Shown here piece after piece: positions 32,529-40,037 of a stretch of 41,761 nucleotides of DNA. The position numbers were made by a program, and so were the translations under genes. Location of the stretch: the NCBI GenBank assembly GCA_023267245.1, contig JAHFNP010000001.1:22780-64540 (forward strand), written 5' to 3'. The notes under the pieces were generated by a model. It ran no database searches and had not been told where the DNA came from. It worked only from the letters and a program-made list of their open reading frames with translations. This stretch comes from Candidatus Nomurabacteria bacterium (GTDB lineage: Bacteria; Patescibacteriota; Minisyncoccia; Phycocordibacterales; UBA9973). Each line of letters starts with the position of its first letter. Position 1 is the first letter of the stretch.

Positions 32529-32900
32529 ATGATTCAAACAGAAACAGTTGTAAAGATTACAGATAATGCCGGAGGAAAAGTCGGCAAAGTCTTCAAAGTG
32601 CTTGGCGGTTCCCGCCGCCGCTACGCTGAGATCGGTGACACAGTTATCCTTTCAGTGAAAGTCGCGGAACCTCGCAAAATGATCAAGAAAAAAGATGTTT
32701 TGGAAGCGGTTGTCGTCAGGACTAGAAATGCTTTTCGCCGAAAGGACGGTTCTTATATTCGTTTTGATGATAATGCTGTCGTTATCTTAGAAAAAGGCAA
32801 GAAGGATCCGAAAGGTGGCCGCGTTTTCGGCCCGATTCCGAGAGAGCTCGCTGAACGCGGATATAAAAAGATTATTTCGTTAGCTCAGGAAGTAATATAG
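32529..32900 (+). CDS. rplN: 50S ribosomal protein L14
   Basis: MIQTETVVKITDNAGGK...AVVVRT...IRFDDNAVV. Confidence 0.97.
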   Translation: MIQTETVVKITDNAGGKVGKVFKVLGGSRRRYAEIGDTVILSVKVAEPRKMIKKKDVLEAVVVRTRNAFRRKDGSYIRFDDNAVVILEKGKKDPKGGRVFGPIPRELAERGYKKIISLAQEVI

Positions 32901-32927
32901 TTCGATTAAGAACTCACTATAAATAAT

Positions 32928-33230
32928 ATGAAATTAAAAAAAGGAGACAATGTAATAGTGATCACAGGAAAGGATAAAGGCAAGAAAGGCAAAATCCTTA
33001 AAGTAATGCCGAAGGAGGACAGGGTTTTAGTCGAGGGCGTCAACATCAAGAAGAAGCACAAGAAGCCTACAAGAGATGCAAAAGGTCAGACTATCGAAGT
33101 TTCTTTCCCGGTAACCGCTTCCAATGTTATGCTTTTGGACCCGAAGGGCAGCAAGCAGACAAGAATCGGCAAAAAGGTTATTGGCGGCAAGAAGGTTCGA
33201 ATTAGCAGAAAAAGCGGAGTAGAAATTTAA
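32928..33230 (+). CDS. rplX: 50S ribosomal protein L24
   Basis: MKLKKGDNVIVITGKDKGKKGKILKV...VEGVNIKKKH (KOW motif). Confidence 0.94.
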   Translation: MKLKKGDNVIVITGKDKGKKGKILKVMPKEDRVLVEGVNIKKKHKKPTRDAKGQTIEVSFPVTASNVMLLDPKGSKQTRIGKKVIGGKKVRISRKSGVEI

Positions 33231-33280
33231 AAAGCGTCGCGTTTCAATCGACATTACGCGACATAATTTTGCAAAATTAT

Positions 33281-33820
33281 ATGAAAACAGTTAAAGAAAA
33301 AGAACAAAAAGCTTTCGAAGTATTAAAAGAAAAGTTCGGCTACAAGAACAAGATGGCAGTGCCGAAGCTTGTTAAAGTCGTGATTTCTTCCGGTACGGGA
33401 ACAGGCATCAAAAAGGATAAAAATCGAAATGATTTTGTCCTCGACAGATTGTCTAAAATCACCGGCCAAAAGCCAACAACTAGGGGATCAAAGAAATCCG
33501 TGGCGAGCTTTAAAGTCCGAGAAGGAGATCCGATTGGAGTCGCGGTTACTTTGCGAGGCGCCCGAATGTACGGCTTTTTAGACAAGCTATTGGATATTTC
33601 TTTGCCTAGAACAAAGGACTTCCGAGGTATTGATCGCAAGATTGTCGACAGTGTCGGCAATGCGACTATCGGCATGCGCGAGCACACTATCTTCCCAGAA
33701 ACAGCAGATGAAGAATTGAAAGATGTCTTCGGTTTGGCTATCACGATCGTCACTACAGCTAAAAACAAAGAAGAAGCGACTGCTTTCTTTGAACTTATTG
33801 GCGTCCCGTTCAAGAAATAA
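33281..33820 (+). CDS. rplE: 50S ribosomal protein L5
   Basis: MAVPKLVKVVISSG...KSVASFKVREGDPIGVAVTLRG..MY.FLDKL...PRTKDFRG. I prefer ATG 33281 over TTG 33269. Confidence 0.95.
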   Translation: MKTVKEKEQKAFEVLKEKFGYKNKMAVPKLVKVVISSGTGTGIKKDKNRNDFVLDRLSKITGQKPTTRGSKKSVASFKVREGDPIGVAVTLRGARMYGFLDKLLDISLPRTKDFRGIDRKIVDSVGNATIGMREHTIFPETADEELKDVFGLAITIVTTAKNKEEATAFFELIGVPFKK

Positions 33821-33840
33821 CCTCAACTCCCCAAACTCCT

Positions 33841-33866
33841 AAAAGCCGCCTTCTGGCGGTTTTTTG
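33841..33866 (+). terminator. Rho-independent terminator after rplE (breaks the spc operon)
   Basis: aaaagccgcc-ttct-ggcggtttttt. Confidence 0.75.
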
Positions 33867-33900
33867 ATTATAAGCCTTATAAAATAAGGTCAAATTAAGA

Positions 33901-33930
33901 TTGACAAATAGCCATTTATTATGTTATACT
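33901..33930 (+). promoter_or_regulatory. Promoter TTGACA-N18-(TGt)TATACT
   Basis: ttgaca at 33901-33906 and tgttatact at 33922-33930. It is flanked by aaggtcaaa at 33887-33895 and 33944-33952. Confidence 0.55.
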
Positions 33931-34012
33931 TCTACTAGTTTTTAAGGTCAAAGGGTTGCCTGAGCTTTGCTCGAAAATCTATCGTTTTTTAACAATCAAA
34001 TACTTAGAAATT

Positions 34013-34684
34013 ATGGGAAAAGCTGCAACAAGCGGTCAGTTTCGTGATTTAATCGGAAAACTGCTAACCAAAATCAACGACCAAATGGTCGCAACAATAG
34101 ATGGCAAAAAAATCCAAGATGCTATCGATTCCGCTGATCCAACAGCAGAAAACTTTATTGATTGGATTAACAACGGCTGCAAAGTTATTGTGAAATCAGT
34201 TAAACATTTCTTTCTTCTTGAAGTTGTTTCGGACGGAAGAAACGGAGAACAATTCATTGCTTCTTTGAAAGAAAAAGGTTTCCGGATTGGAGACTATGCC
34301 ATGCAAGTTCTCAGAAAAAAAGATTTTATTCCCACAAAAGGAACAAAATACAAACCAGTGGTAATCTTCGGCAAAGAAATTGAAGAAGATTCCGAAAGGA
34401 CAACCGAGAATATCAGAAAAATTGCCAAAGATCGCGGTTATATCACTCCTCCGGCAGAACTTGCCCCGCTTTTGCGAGAAAAAATCTCAGACAAGGAAAT
34501 CGAAGAAATGGGTGTATGGGCATTAATAGTAATGCACGAACCAATCAAAGATTCCGGTGGCAATCCTAAGTTGCTCCTCTTGGACCGCCGCGATGATGGT
34601 CAGTGGCTCGACACCTGCAATGACTATCCGGGCCGCAGGTGGGATCGCGAGGACGGTTTCGTTTTCCTCGCTCCGCAAGATTAG
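34013..34684 (+). CDS. Conserved-looking hypothetical protein (cassette gene 1)
   Basis: Track ORF 33956..34684 has a TTG start, and I prefer ATG 34013 (MGKAATSGQF...). The C-terminal block is ELAPLLREKISDKEIEEMGVWALIVMHEPIKDSGGNPKLLLLDRRDDGQWLD...RRWDREDGFVFLAPQ. I cannot name a family. Confidence 0.65.
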   Translation: MGKAATSGQFRDLIGKLLTKINDQMVATIDGKKIQDAIDSADPTAENFIDWINNGCKVIVKSVKHFFLLEVVSDGRNGEQFIASLKEKGFRIGDYAMQVLRKKDFIPTKGTKYKPVVIFGKEIEEDSERTTENIRKIAKDRGYITPPAELAPLLREKISDKEIEEMGVWALIVMHEPIKDSGGNPKLLLLDRRDDGQWLDTCNDYPGRRWDREDGFVFLAPQD

Positions 34685-34738
34685 TACTTTGGTCTCTGAA
34701 TCTAGAACTTTTGGTTTTTGATCCTTTGACCTTGATTT

Positions 34739-34775
34739 AATCCTCGCTTTGTTAAACAAAGCGAGGATTTTTTTA
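34739..34775 (+). terminator. Rho-independent terminator
   Basis: aatcctcgctttg-ttaaa-caaagcgaggatt followed by tttttt. Confidence 0.9.
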
Positions 34776-34784
34776 TAATTGATC

Positions 34785-34820
34785 TGTTCGCAGACTTTGC
34801 TATCGCTAAGTTTGCGAACA
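34785..34820. repeat. 13-bp-stem hairpin without a U-run, between the two cassette genes
   Basis: tgttcgcagactt-tgctatcgct-aagtttgcgaaca (12 of 13 positions paired). It shares cgcagactt with the closing stem of element B. Confidence 0.5.
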
Positions 34821-34884
34821 TCTGCATAACTATTTCGGGTAATTTAAATGTTCTAATTCAATCTGGAATTCGGGGTTCATAGGC

Positions 34885-34914
34885 TTGACAAGAGTCTGCT
34901 TTTTATGATACTAT
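34885..34914 (+). promoter_or_regulatory. Promoter TTGACA-N17/18-ATACTA/TACTAT
   Basis: ttgaca at 34885-34890 and tatgatactat at 34904-34914. Confidence 0.5.
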
Positions 34915-34926
34915 GCCGTCAGATAG

Positions 34927-35418
34927 ATGGATTTAAAACGAAGGATAAACCTCTTTAAAAAACAAGGACTTATGAAAAAAGGAATCAAAGTTACTGCAAA
35001 GAGCCTTCCGGGTATATTGGGATGGCTAACGAAAGTGGTACAGACTCATGGTTCTGTCCGCATTCAAGATTTTTACACTAGAAGTTTAAGAACAGCGAAT
35101 CAACTTAGAGTTAAGGCTGCTGATTCATCTTACTGTAATGGTAAAAAACTTCTCGCTTCAAAACCGCATATTATTCCAATTCTTCAGGAAATTAAGATGC
35201 GTGATGATCACAAAGACAAGAAAAAGCTTGGGTTGAGTACTGGTGTGGGCCAACATTTTTGGGCAAAAGGTGTTTTGCTCATGATGGGCGACTCCGGATC
35301 GATTTTTACCATTAGGGAAGATGATATTATTTTATTCCGCGGTAATCGAGTGATTCTCCAAACAACACACGATCAAGTTACCAAAGAAAAAAATATTAAA
35401 TTTCTTGAGTTTAGTTAA
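34927..35418 (+). CDS. Hypothetical protein (cassette gene 2)
   Basis: ORF with its own promoter and terminator. An alternative start is ATG 34972 (MKKGIKV...). I recognise no motif. Confidence 0.6.
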   Translation: MDLKRRINLFKKQGLMKKGIKVTAKSLPGILGWLTKVVQTHGSVRIQDFYTRSLRTANQLRVKAADSSYCNGKKLLASKPHIIPILQEIKMRDDHKDKKKLGLSTGVGQHFWAKGVLLMMGDSGSIFTIREDDIILFRGNRVILQTTHDQVTKEKNIKFLEFS

Positions 35419-35420
35419 GT

Positions 35421-35454
35421 AAAGCCCCCCGACCGAGATCGGAGGGCTTTTTTA
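35421..35454 (+). terminator. Rho-independent terminator
   Basis: aaagccccccga-ccgaga-tcggagggcttt followed by ttt. Confidence 0.85.
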
Positions 35455-35455
35455 T

Positions 35456-35483
35456 TTGACAATATTGCTAGATTTGATAGTAT
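35456..35483 (+). promoter_or_regulatory. Promoter TTGACA-N16-(TGa)TAGTAT restarting the spc operon
   Basis: ttgaca at 35456-35461 and tgatagtat at 35475-35483. Confidence 0.6.
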
Positions 35484-35610
35484 GTCTCTACAAGGTTTTA
35501 AGTTCAGTTAATCCGCTTTTCTCCTTTGATTTCATGCCCTGAGGTATTCGAAGGGTCGGTGCTCAAAGAAAAGAAGTGAGATATTGCTGAAGGAAAGCCT
35601 TAATATTTGT

Positions 35611-35796
35611 ATGGCAAAAACATCCGTTATCGCAAGATCACAAAAGAAACCAAAGTTTAGCACTCGGATCAAGAACCGATGTTTTCGTTGTGGCCGAGGT
35701 AATGGTTATATGGGAGATTTCGGCGTATGCCGTATCTGTTTTCGAGAGCTTGCCAATGAAGGTATGATCCCGGGAGTTAGAAAATCTTCTTGGTAA
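35611..35796 (+). CDS. rpsN: 30S ribosomal protein S14, short Zn-binding (type Z) form
   Basis: [61 protein letters not shown] (CxxC...CxxC). The start is the internal Met of the track ORF. Confidence 0.94.
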   Translation: MAKTSVIARSQKKPKFSTRIKNRCFRCGRGNGYMGDFGVCRICFRELANEGMIPGVRKSSW

Positions 35797-35815
35797 TCGA
35801 TAATATATAAAAAAA

Positions 35816-36205
35816 ATGACTGACCCAATTTCACAAATGATAATAACTATGAAGAATGCTAGTCGAGCCGAACACAAGACGGTGACTCTTCCGTATTCTA
35901 AGCTCAAGCACGCGATCGCTGATTGCTTGGTTAAACAGGGTTTTCTTAAAAGCGCTTCCAAGAAAACAGAAAATAATAAGTCTGTTTTGATCTTGGATAT
36001 CGCTTATGAAGGAAATAGCCCTAAACTAAACGATATCAAAAGAATCTCAAAGCAATCAAAGCGCGTATATTTTGGAGTAAAAGATATAAGATCAGTCAAA
36101 AATGGTCTTGGTATGACAGTCTTTTCAACACCGAAAGGAATTTTGACCGATAAAGAAGCTAGAAAAGAGATGGTCGGAGGCGAAGCTTTGTTCAAATTAT
36201 GGTAA
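35816..36205 (+). CDS. rpsH: 30S ribosomal protein S8
   Basis: MTDPISQMIITMKNA...VFSTPKGILTDKEARK..VGGEALF.LW. Confidence 0.96.
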   Translation: MTDPISQMIITMKNASRAEHKTVTLPYSKLKHAIADCLVKQGFLKSASKKTENNKSVLILDIAYEGNSPKLNDIKRISKQSKRVYFGVKDIRSVKNGLGMTVFSTPKGILTDKEARKEMVGGEALFKLW

Positions 36206-36218
36206 TTCAAGAAAATAT

Positions 36219-36752
36219 ATGTCAAAAATAGGAAAACAAAACATAGCAATACCGGAGAAAACTGAAGTCATAATAGACGGCCAATCTATTTCTGTTAAAG
36301 GACCTCATGGATCATTGACCCGAGATTTCTTGCCTGCGATCGAAATAAAGATCGAAAACAGCATCATCACCTTGGTTCCAAAGAAAGATGATGTCTTCTC
36401 CAAATCTCTTTGGGGAACTTACGCTTCTCATTTGAAGAATATGATCAAGGGCGTAAATGATCTTTTCGAAAAGAAGCTTATTTTGGAAGGAGTTGGATTC
36501 AAATCAGAAGTCGCCGGAAAGAATCTAGTTCTTGCTCTTGGTTTTTCTCACCCAGTCAATGTTTCAATTCCAGAGGATCTCAAGGTAACTGCGGAGAAAA
36601 ATGTCATTACAGTTTCAGGCATAGATAAAGAGCATGTCGGTGAATTTGCCTCTAAAGTCAGATCTTTAAAGAAACCTGAACCTTACAAAGGAAAAGGATT
36701 CAGATATAACGACGAGGTTATTAGGAGAAAACAAGGTAAGAAAACAGCATAA
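36219..36752 (+). CDS. rplF: 50S ribosomal protein L6
   Basis: MSKIGKQNIAIP....ISVKGPHGSL...LEGVGFK...PEPYKGKGFRY. Confidence 0.96.
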   Translation: MSKIGKQNIAIPEKTEVIIDGQSISVKGPHGSLTRDFLPAIEIKIENSIITLVPKKDDVFSKSLWGTYASHLKNMIKGVNDLFEKKLILEGVGFKSEVAGKNLVLALGFSHPVNVSIPEDLKVTAEKNVITVSGIDKEHVGEFASKVRSLKKPEPYKGKGFRYNDEVIRRKQGKKTA

Positions 36753-36757
36753 AAATT

Positions 36758-37105
36758 ATGGCTAAAAATATAACAAAACAAAAAAGACAAAGAGCAAAGA
36801 ATAAGATCAAAGCTAAGATCGGAGGCGTTTCTCTCCGCCCGCGTCTTTCTGTTTACCGCTCAAATAAGCACATCTACGCTCAGATAATCGATGATACCAA
36901 GAATGTGACTTTGGCTCAGGCGAATGACAGCGCTATCACTACAGGTAAGAAAGGAGAAAAGGCGATCAAAGTCGGCGAACTTATCGCTCTTGCCGCACAG
37001 GGTAAAAAGATCGAGGAAGTTGTTTTTGATCGAAACGGATTCAAATATGCCGGCCGAATCAAATTATTAGCTGATGCAGCTCGCAAGGCTGGGCTTAAAT
37101 TCTAA
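36758..37105 (+). CDS. rplR: 50S ribosomal protein L18
   Basis: RPRLSVYRSNKHIYAQIIDD...VVFDRNGFKYAGRIKLLADAARKAGLKF. Confidence 0.96.
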   Translation: MAKNITKQKRQRAKNKIKAKIGGVSLRPRLSVYRSNKHIYAQIIDDTKNVTLAQANDSAITTGKKGEKAIKVGELIALAAQGKKIEEVVFDRNGFKYAGRIKLLADAARKAGLKF

Positions 37106-37109
37106 ATTT

Positions 37110-37682
37110 ATGACAAATGAAACAGATGTAAAAGTTAATAGTGCGGCTGCTCCAGCAAAAGCTCCAGAGAGAGCTTCTCAAGGAAGTGATTCTAGAGGTG
37201 GTGCCGGCAGAGAAAGAGGCCGAAGAGCTTTTGATAAGCCAAAAAGTGAATTTGACCAGAAGATTTTGAATATCAGGCGCGTTACTCGAGTCGTGTCTGG
37301 AGGACGCAGAATGAGTTTTGCTGTAGCGATAGTTATCGGTGACCGTAAGGGTAAAGTCGGCGTAGGTACAGGCAAGGCAACCGATACATCCTTAGCTATC
37401 AACAAGGCGATCAAGAGCGCTAAGAAGAATATGATAAAGATCCCAATGGAAAAGAATATGTCTATCCGACACGAAGTTGAGGCTAAATATTCAAGCGCAA
37501 GAATTAACATCATGCCGAACAAGGGTCGTGGTATCGTTGCCGGCAGTGCCGTCAGAGATATCATAAATTTGGCCGGACTTCATGACGTGACTTCCAAGAT
37601 TCATTCCAGCAGTAAAAATAAATTAAACATAGCAAGAGCGACGATCAAAGCTTTGAGCGCGCTTAAAGCTAAACAAAGTTAA
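37110..37682 (+). CDS. rpsE: 30S ribosomal protein S5 with an N-terminal Arg/Gly-rich extension
   Basis: ILNIRRVTRVVSGGRRMSFAVAIVIGDRKGKVGVGTGKA...GRGIVAG. The start is ATG 37110, internal to the track ORF. Confidence 0.95.
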   Translation: MTNETDVKVNSAAAPAKAPERASQGSDSRGGAGRERGRRAFDKPKSEFDQKILNIRRVTRVVSGGRRMSFAVAIVIGDRKGKVGVGTGKATDTSLAINKAIKSAKKNMIKIPMEKNMSIRHEVEAKYSSARINIMPNKGRGIVAGSAVRDIINLAGLHDVTSKIHSSSKNKLNIARATIKALSALKAKQS

Positions 37683-37692
37683 TACCAATACC

Positions 37693-38019
37693 ATGCAAAT
37701 ACATGAAGTAAAAAGAAAAACTGAGAATAGGAAAAAGAAATACGTCGGCCGCGGAGGCAAGCGTGGTAAAACTTCCGGTAAAGGAACAAAAGGACAGAAC
37801 TCTCGATCAGGCCGAAAGAAAAGACCAGAGATGAGAGATATCATCAAGAAATTGCCGAAGTTGCGTGGACGAGGCAAGAATGTATTCAAGTCTATTCGCA
37901 AGCCTGTCTTAGTCAGTGAAGCAAAACTCGCGACTCTTTTCAAAGATGGAGAGAAAGCGACTATCGCGGAAATCCGAAAGCGTCTCGGTCTAAAAGGTGG
38001 TAAAATTGATATCAAGTAG
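37693..38019 (+). CDS. rplO: 50S ribosomal protein L15 (short, 108 aa), 10 nt after rpsE with no L30 gene between them
   Basis: KKKYVGRGGKRGKTSGKGTKGQNSRSG..., plus position upstream of secY. Confidence 0.9.
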   Translation: MQIHEVKRKTENRKKKYVGRGGKRGKTSGKGTKGQNSRSGRKKRPEMRDIIKKLPKLRGRGKNVFKSIRKPVLVSEAKLATLFKDGEKATIAEIRKRLGLKGGKIDIK

Positions 38020-38039
38020 GAACAAAAGTTAAATATAAA

Positions 38040-39311
38040 ATGCAGAACTTTTTAAATAAAATAAGAATAGTCTGGGAAGATAAAAATCTAAGAAACAGAA
38101 TTCTTTTTGTTGTCGGAGCCCTAGTTGTTTTTAGAGCTTTGGCCGCTATACCTATTCCTGGAATTGATCAGATCAAACTTTCTGGATTCTTGGCCAACAA
38201 CCAATTTTTCGGAGTCTTGAATGTTTTCTCCGGCGGAGGACTATCTAAGCTTTCAATCATCATGCTTGGAGTCGGACCGTACATCACTTCTTCGATTATC
38301 ATGCAGCTTTTGACTATCATGGTCCCGAGATTAAAGGCTCTCTACAGTGATGAAGGAGAGATCGGCCGCCAGAAATTTACTCAATACTCAAGGATGATCA
38401 CCGTACCGCTTGCTTTGATTCAAGGCTTTGGTTTGATGATCTTGCTTGAGAGACAAGGTATTTTAAGTAATTTGTCTCTTTTCGATAAAGCAGTCAACCT
38501 CGTTGTCGTCGTTGCCGGATCACTTCTTATTATGTGGATCGGCGAACTTATTACCGAATACGGCATTTCAAATGGAGTTTCACTCCTTATCTTCGCCGGA
38601 ATCGTGGCTTCAATCCCAAGCAATGTGAATCAGCTTCTTTTCACTTTCGATGCCGCTAATATTCCCTTATACCTTGTCTTCTTGGCTTTTTCAATTTTGA
38701 TTATTGCCGGAGTTGTACTTGTATCTGAAGCCGAACGGCCTATCCCGGTCACTTACGCCAAGCGCGTCCGCGGGACTAAAACATTTGGCGGCGTTTCAAC
38801 TTACTTGCCCCTACGACTAAACCAAGCCGGAGTTATTCCGATCATCTTTGCTTTGTCTATTCTTCTTTTCCCACAAATGATCGCTACTTTTTTAACTGGC
38901 GCGCACAATATCATCCTTGTTAAGATCGCCGCCGGTCTTACTTACTTTGTTCAGAACAGTTTCCTATATGGAGCTACATATTTCGTCCTCGTTGTCCTAT
39001 TCACTTACTTCTACACGGCTGTGACTTTCGATCCGCATACTATGTCGACTAATCTCCAAAAGAATGGAGCCTTTGTTCCAGGTATCCGACCAGGTGAAGC
39101 AACCTCAGATTATATCTCTAGGATTGTAACCCGCATCACTTTAGTCGGCGCTCTTTTCCTCGGTCTTATTGCTATCTTGCCTCTTATCATGCAGTCATTG
39201 ACCGGTATCAAAACTCTGGCGATCGGCGGTACAGCTCTCCTTATCGTTGTTTCTGTTGTAATCGACTTGATCAAAAAAATCGAAGCGCAAGTATCAATGC
39301 GCGAGTATTAA
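38040..39311 (+). CDS. secY: Preprotein translocase subunit SecY
   Basis: LRNRILFVVGALVVFR, GVGPYITSSIIMQLL, ten-TM pattern, and operon position. Confidence 0.96.
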   Translation: MQNFLNKIRIVWEDKNLRNRILFVVGALVVFRALAAIPIPGIDQIKLSGFLANNQFFGVLNVFSGGGLSKLSIIMLGVGPYITSSIIMQLLTIMVPRLKALYSDEGEIGRQKFTQYSRMITVPLALIQGFGLMILLERQGILSNLSLFDKAVNLVVVVAGSLLIMWIGELITEYGISNGVSLLIFAGIVASIPSNVNQLLFTFDAANIPLYLVFLAFSILIIAGVVLVSEAERPIPVTYAKRVRGTKTFGGVSTYLPLRLNQAGVIPIIFALSILLFPQMIATFLTGAHNIILVKIAAGLTYFVQNSFLYGATYFVLVVLFTYFYTAVTFDPHTMSTNLQKNGAFVPGIRPGEATSDYISRIVTRITLVGALFLGLIAILPLIMQSLTGIKTLAIGGTALLIVVSVVIDLIKKIEAQVSMREY

Positions 39312-39312
39312 T

Positions 39313-39921
39313 ATGTCCCCTCAAACTTTTATTTTCGTAGGCAGGTCTGGTTCCGGCAAAGGAACTCAAGCCGAACTTTTTATGAAGTACTTAAATTCGA
39401 AATCTAACGATCCGATTTTTTATTTGGAATCCGGACAGAAATTTCGCGAATTTATCTCAAGCTCAAGCTACACTGCTAAACTTTCTAACGAGGTCATGCA
39501 GAAAGGGGAGCTCCAGCCGGCATTTCTAGCGATCCACGTCTGGTCGCATTTGATGATCGAGCAGATGGATCAAAATAAAACTTTGATCATAGACGGCACT
39601 CCGAGAAAGATTGAAGAAGCAAAAATCCTTGATGAAGCTTTTAAATTTTATGGCCGAAAGAACATTCAGATTATTCATGTGAATGTTTCAAGGAACTGGT
39701 CTGTCGATCGATTGACGGGACGTGGCCGAGCTGATGATAAGTCGATAGAAGAGATCAATAAAAGGCTTGATTGGTTTGATACGGATGTCATGCCGGCAGT
39801 TGAGTATTACAAAAACAATCCTGACTATAAATTCATTGATATCAATGGCGAGCAGACTATTGAAGAAGTCCAAGTAGAAATACAGGCTAAGCTCGGCCTT
39901 GCTTCAGAAAAGCACGAATAA
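39313..39921 (+). CDS. adk: Adenylate kinase (short-lid type)
   Basis: FIFVGRSGSGKGTQAE...IIDGTPRKIEEAK...RLTGRGRADD. Confidence 0.9.
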   Translation: MSPQTFIFVGRSGSGKGTQAELFMKYLNSKSNDPIFYLESGQKFREFISSSSYTAKLSNEVMQKGELQPAFLAIHVWSHLMIEQMDQNKTLIIDGTPRKIEEAKILDEAFKFYGRKNIQIIHVNVSRNWSVDRLTGRGRADDKSIEEINKRLDWFDTDVMPAVEYYKNNPDYKFIDINGEQTIEEVQVEIQAKLGLASEKHE

Positions 39922-40016
39922 TTTTCTGCTGAAAATTTTCTTTGCTCGGCTCGCCAGCCTGCGCAGAGCTTTTCATAAGCAAGTCCGAGCTCGCGAATCG
40001 CAAGGCATTTCATAAA
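39921..40016 (+). repeat. Structured 3' element, diverged copy C
   Basis: attttc-tgct-gaaaat hairpin, then a longer GC-rich palindromic segment (gctcgg...ctgcgcag...ccgagc), then tcgcaaggcatttcataa (39998-40015), which is identical to 10392-10409 of copy B. It starts at the adk stop codon. Confidence 0.6.
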
Positions 40017-40037
40017 ATAAGCTGTCGCTAAAATAAA

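Noticed and set aside
33956-34012. TTG start of the cassette gene 1 ORF and TTG start of rplE at 33269
   Set aside because: The downstream ATGs (34013, 33281) sit in the A/T-rich context seen at other starts and give normal-length products. The TTG calls are simply the first in-frame alternative start of the open frame.
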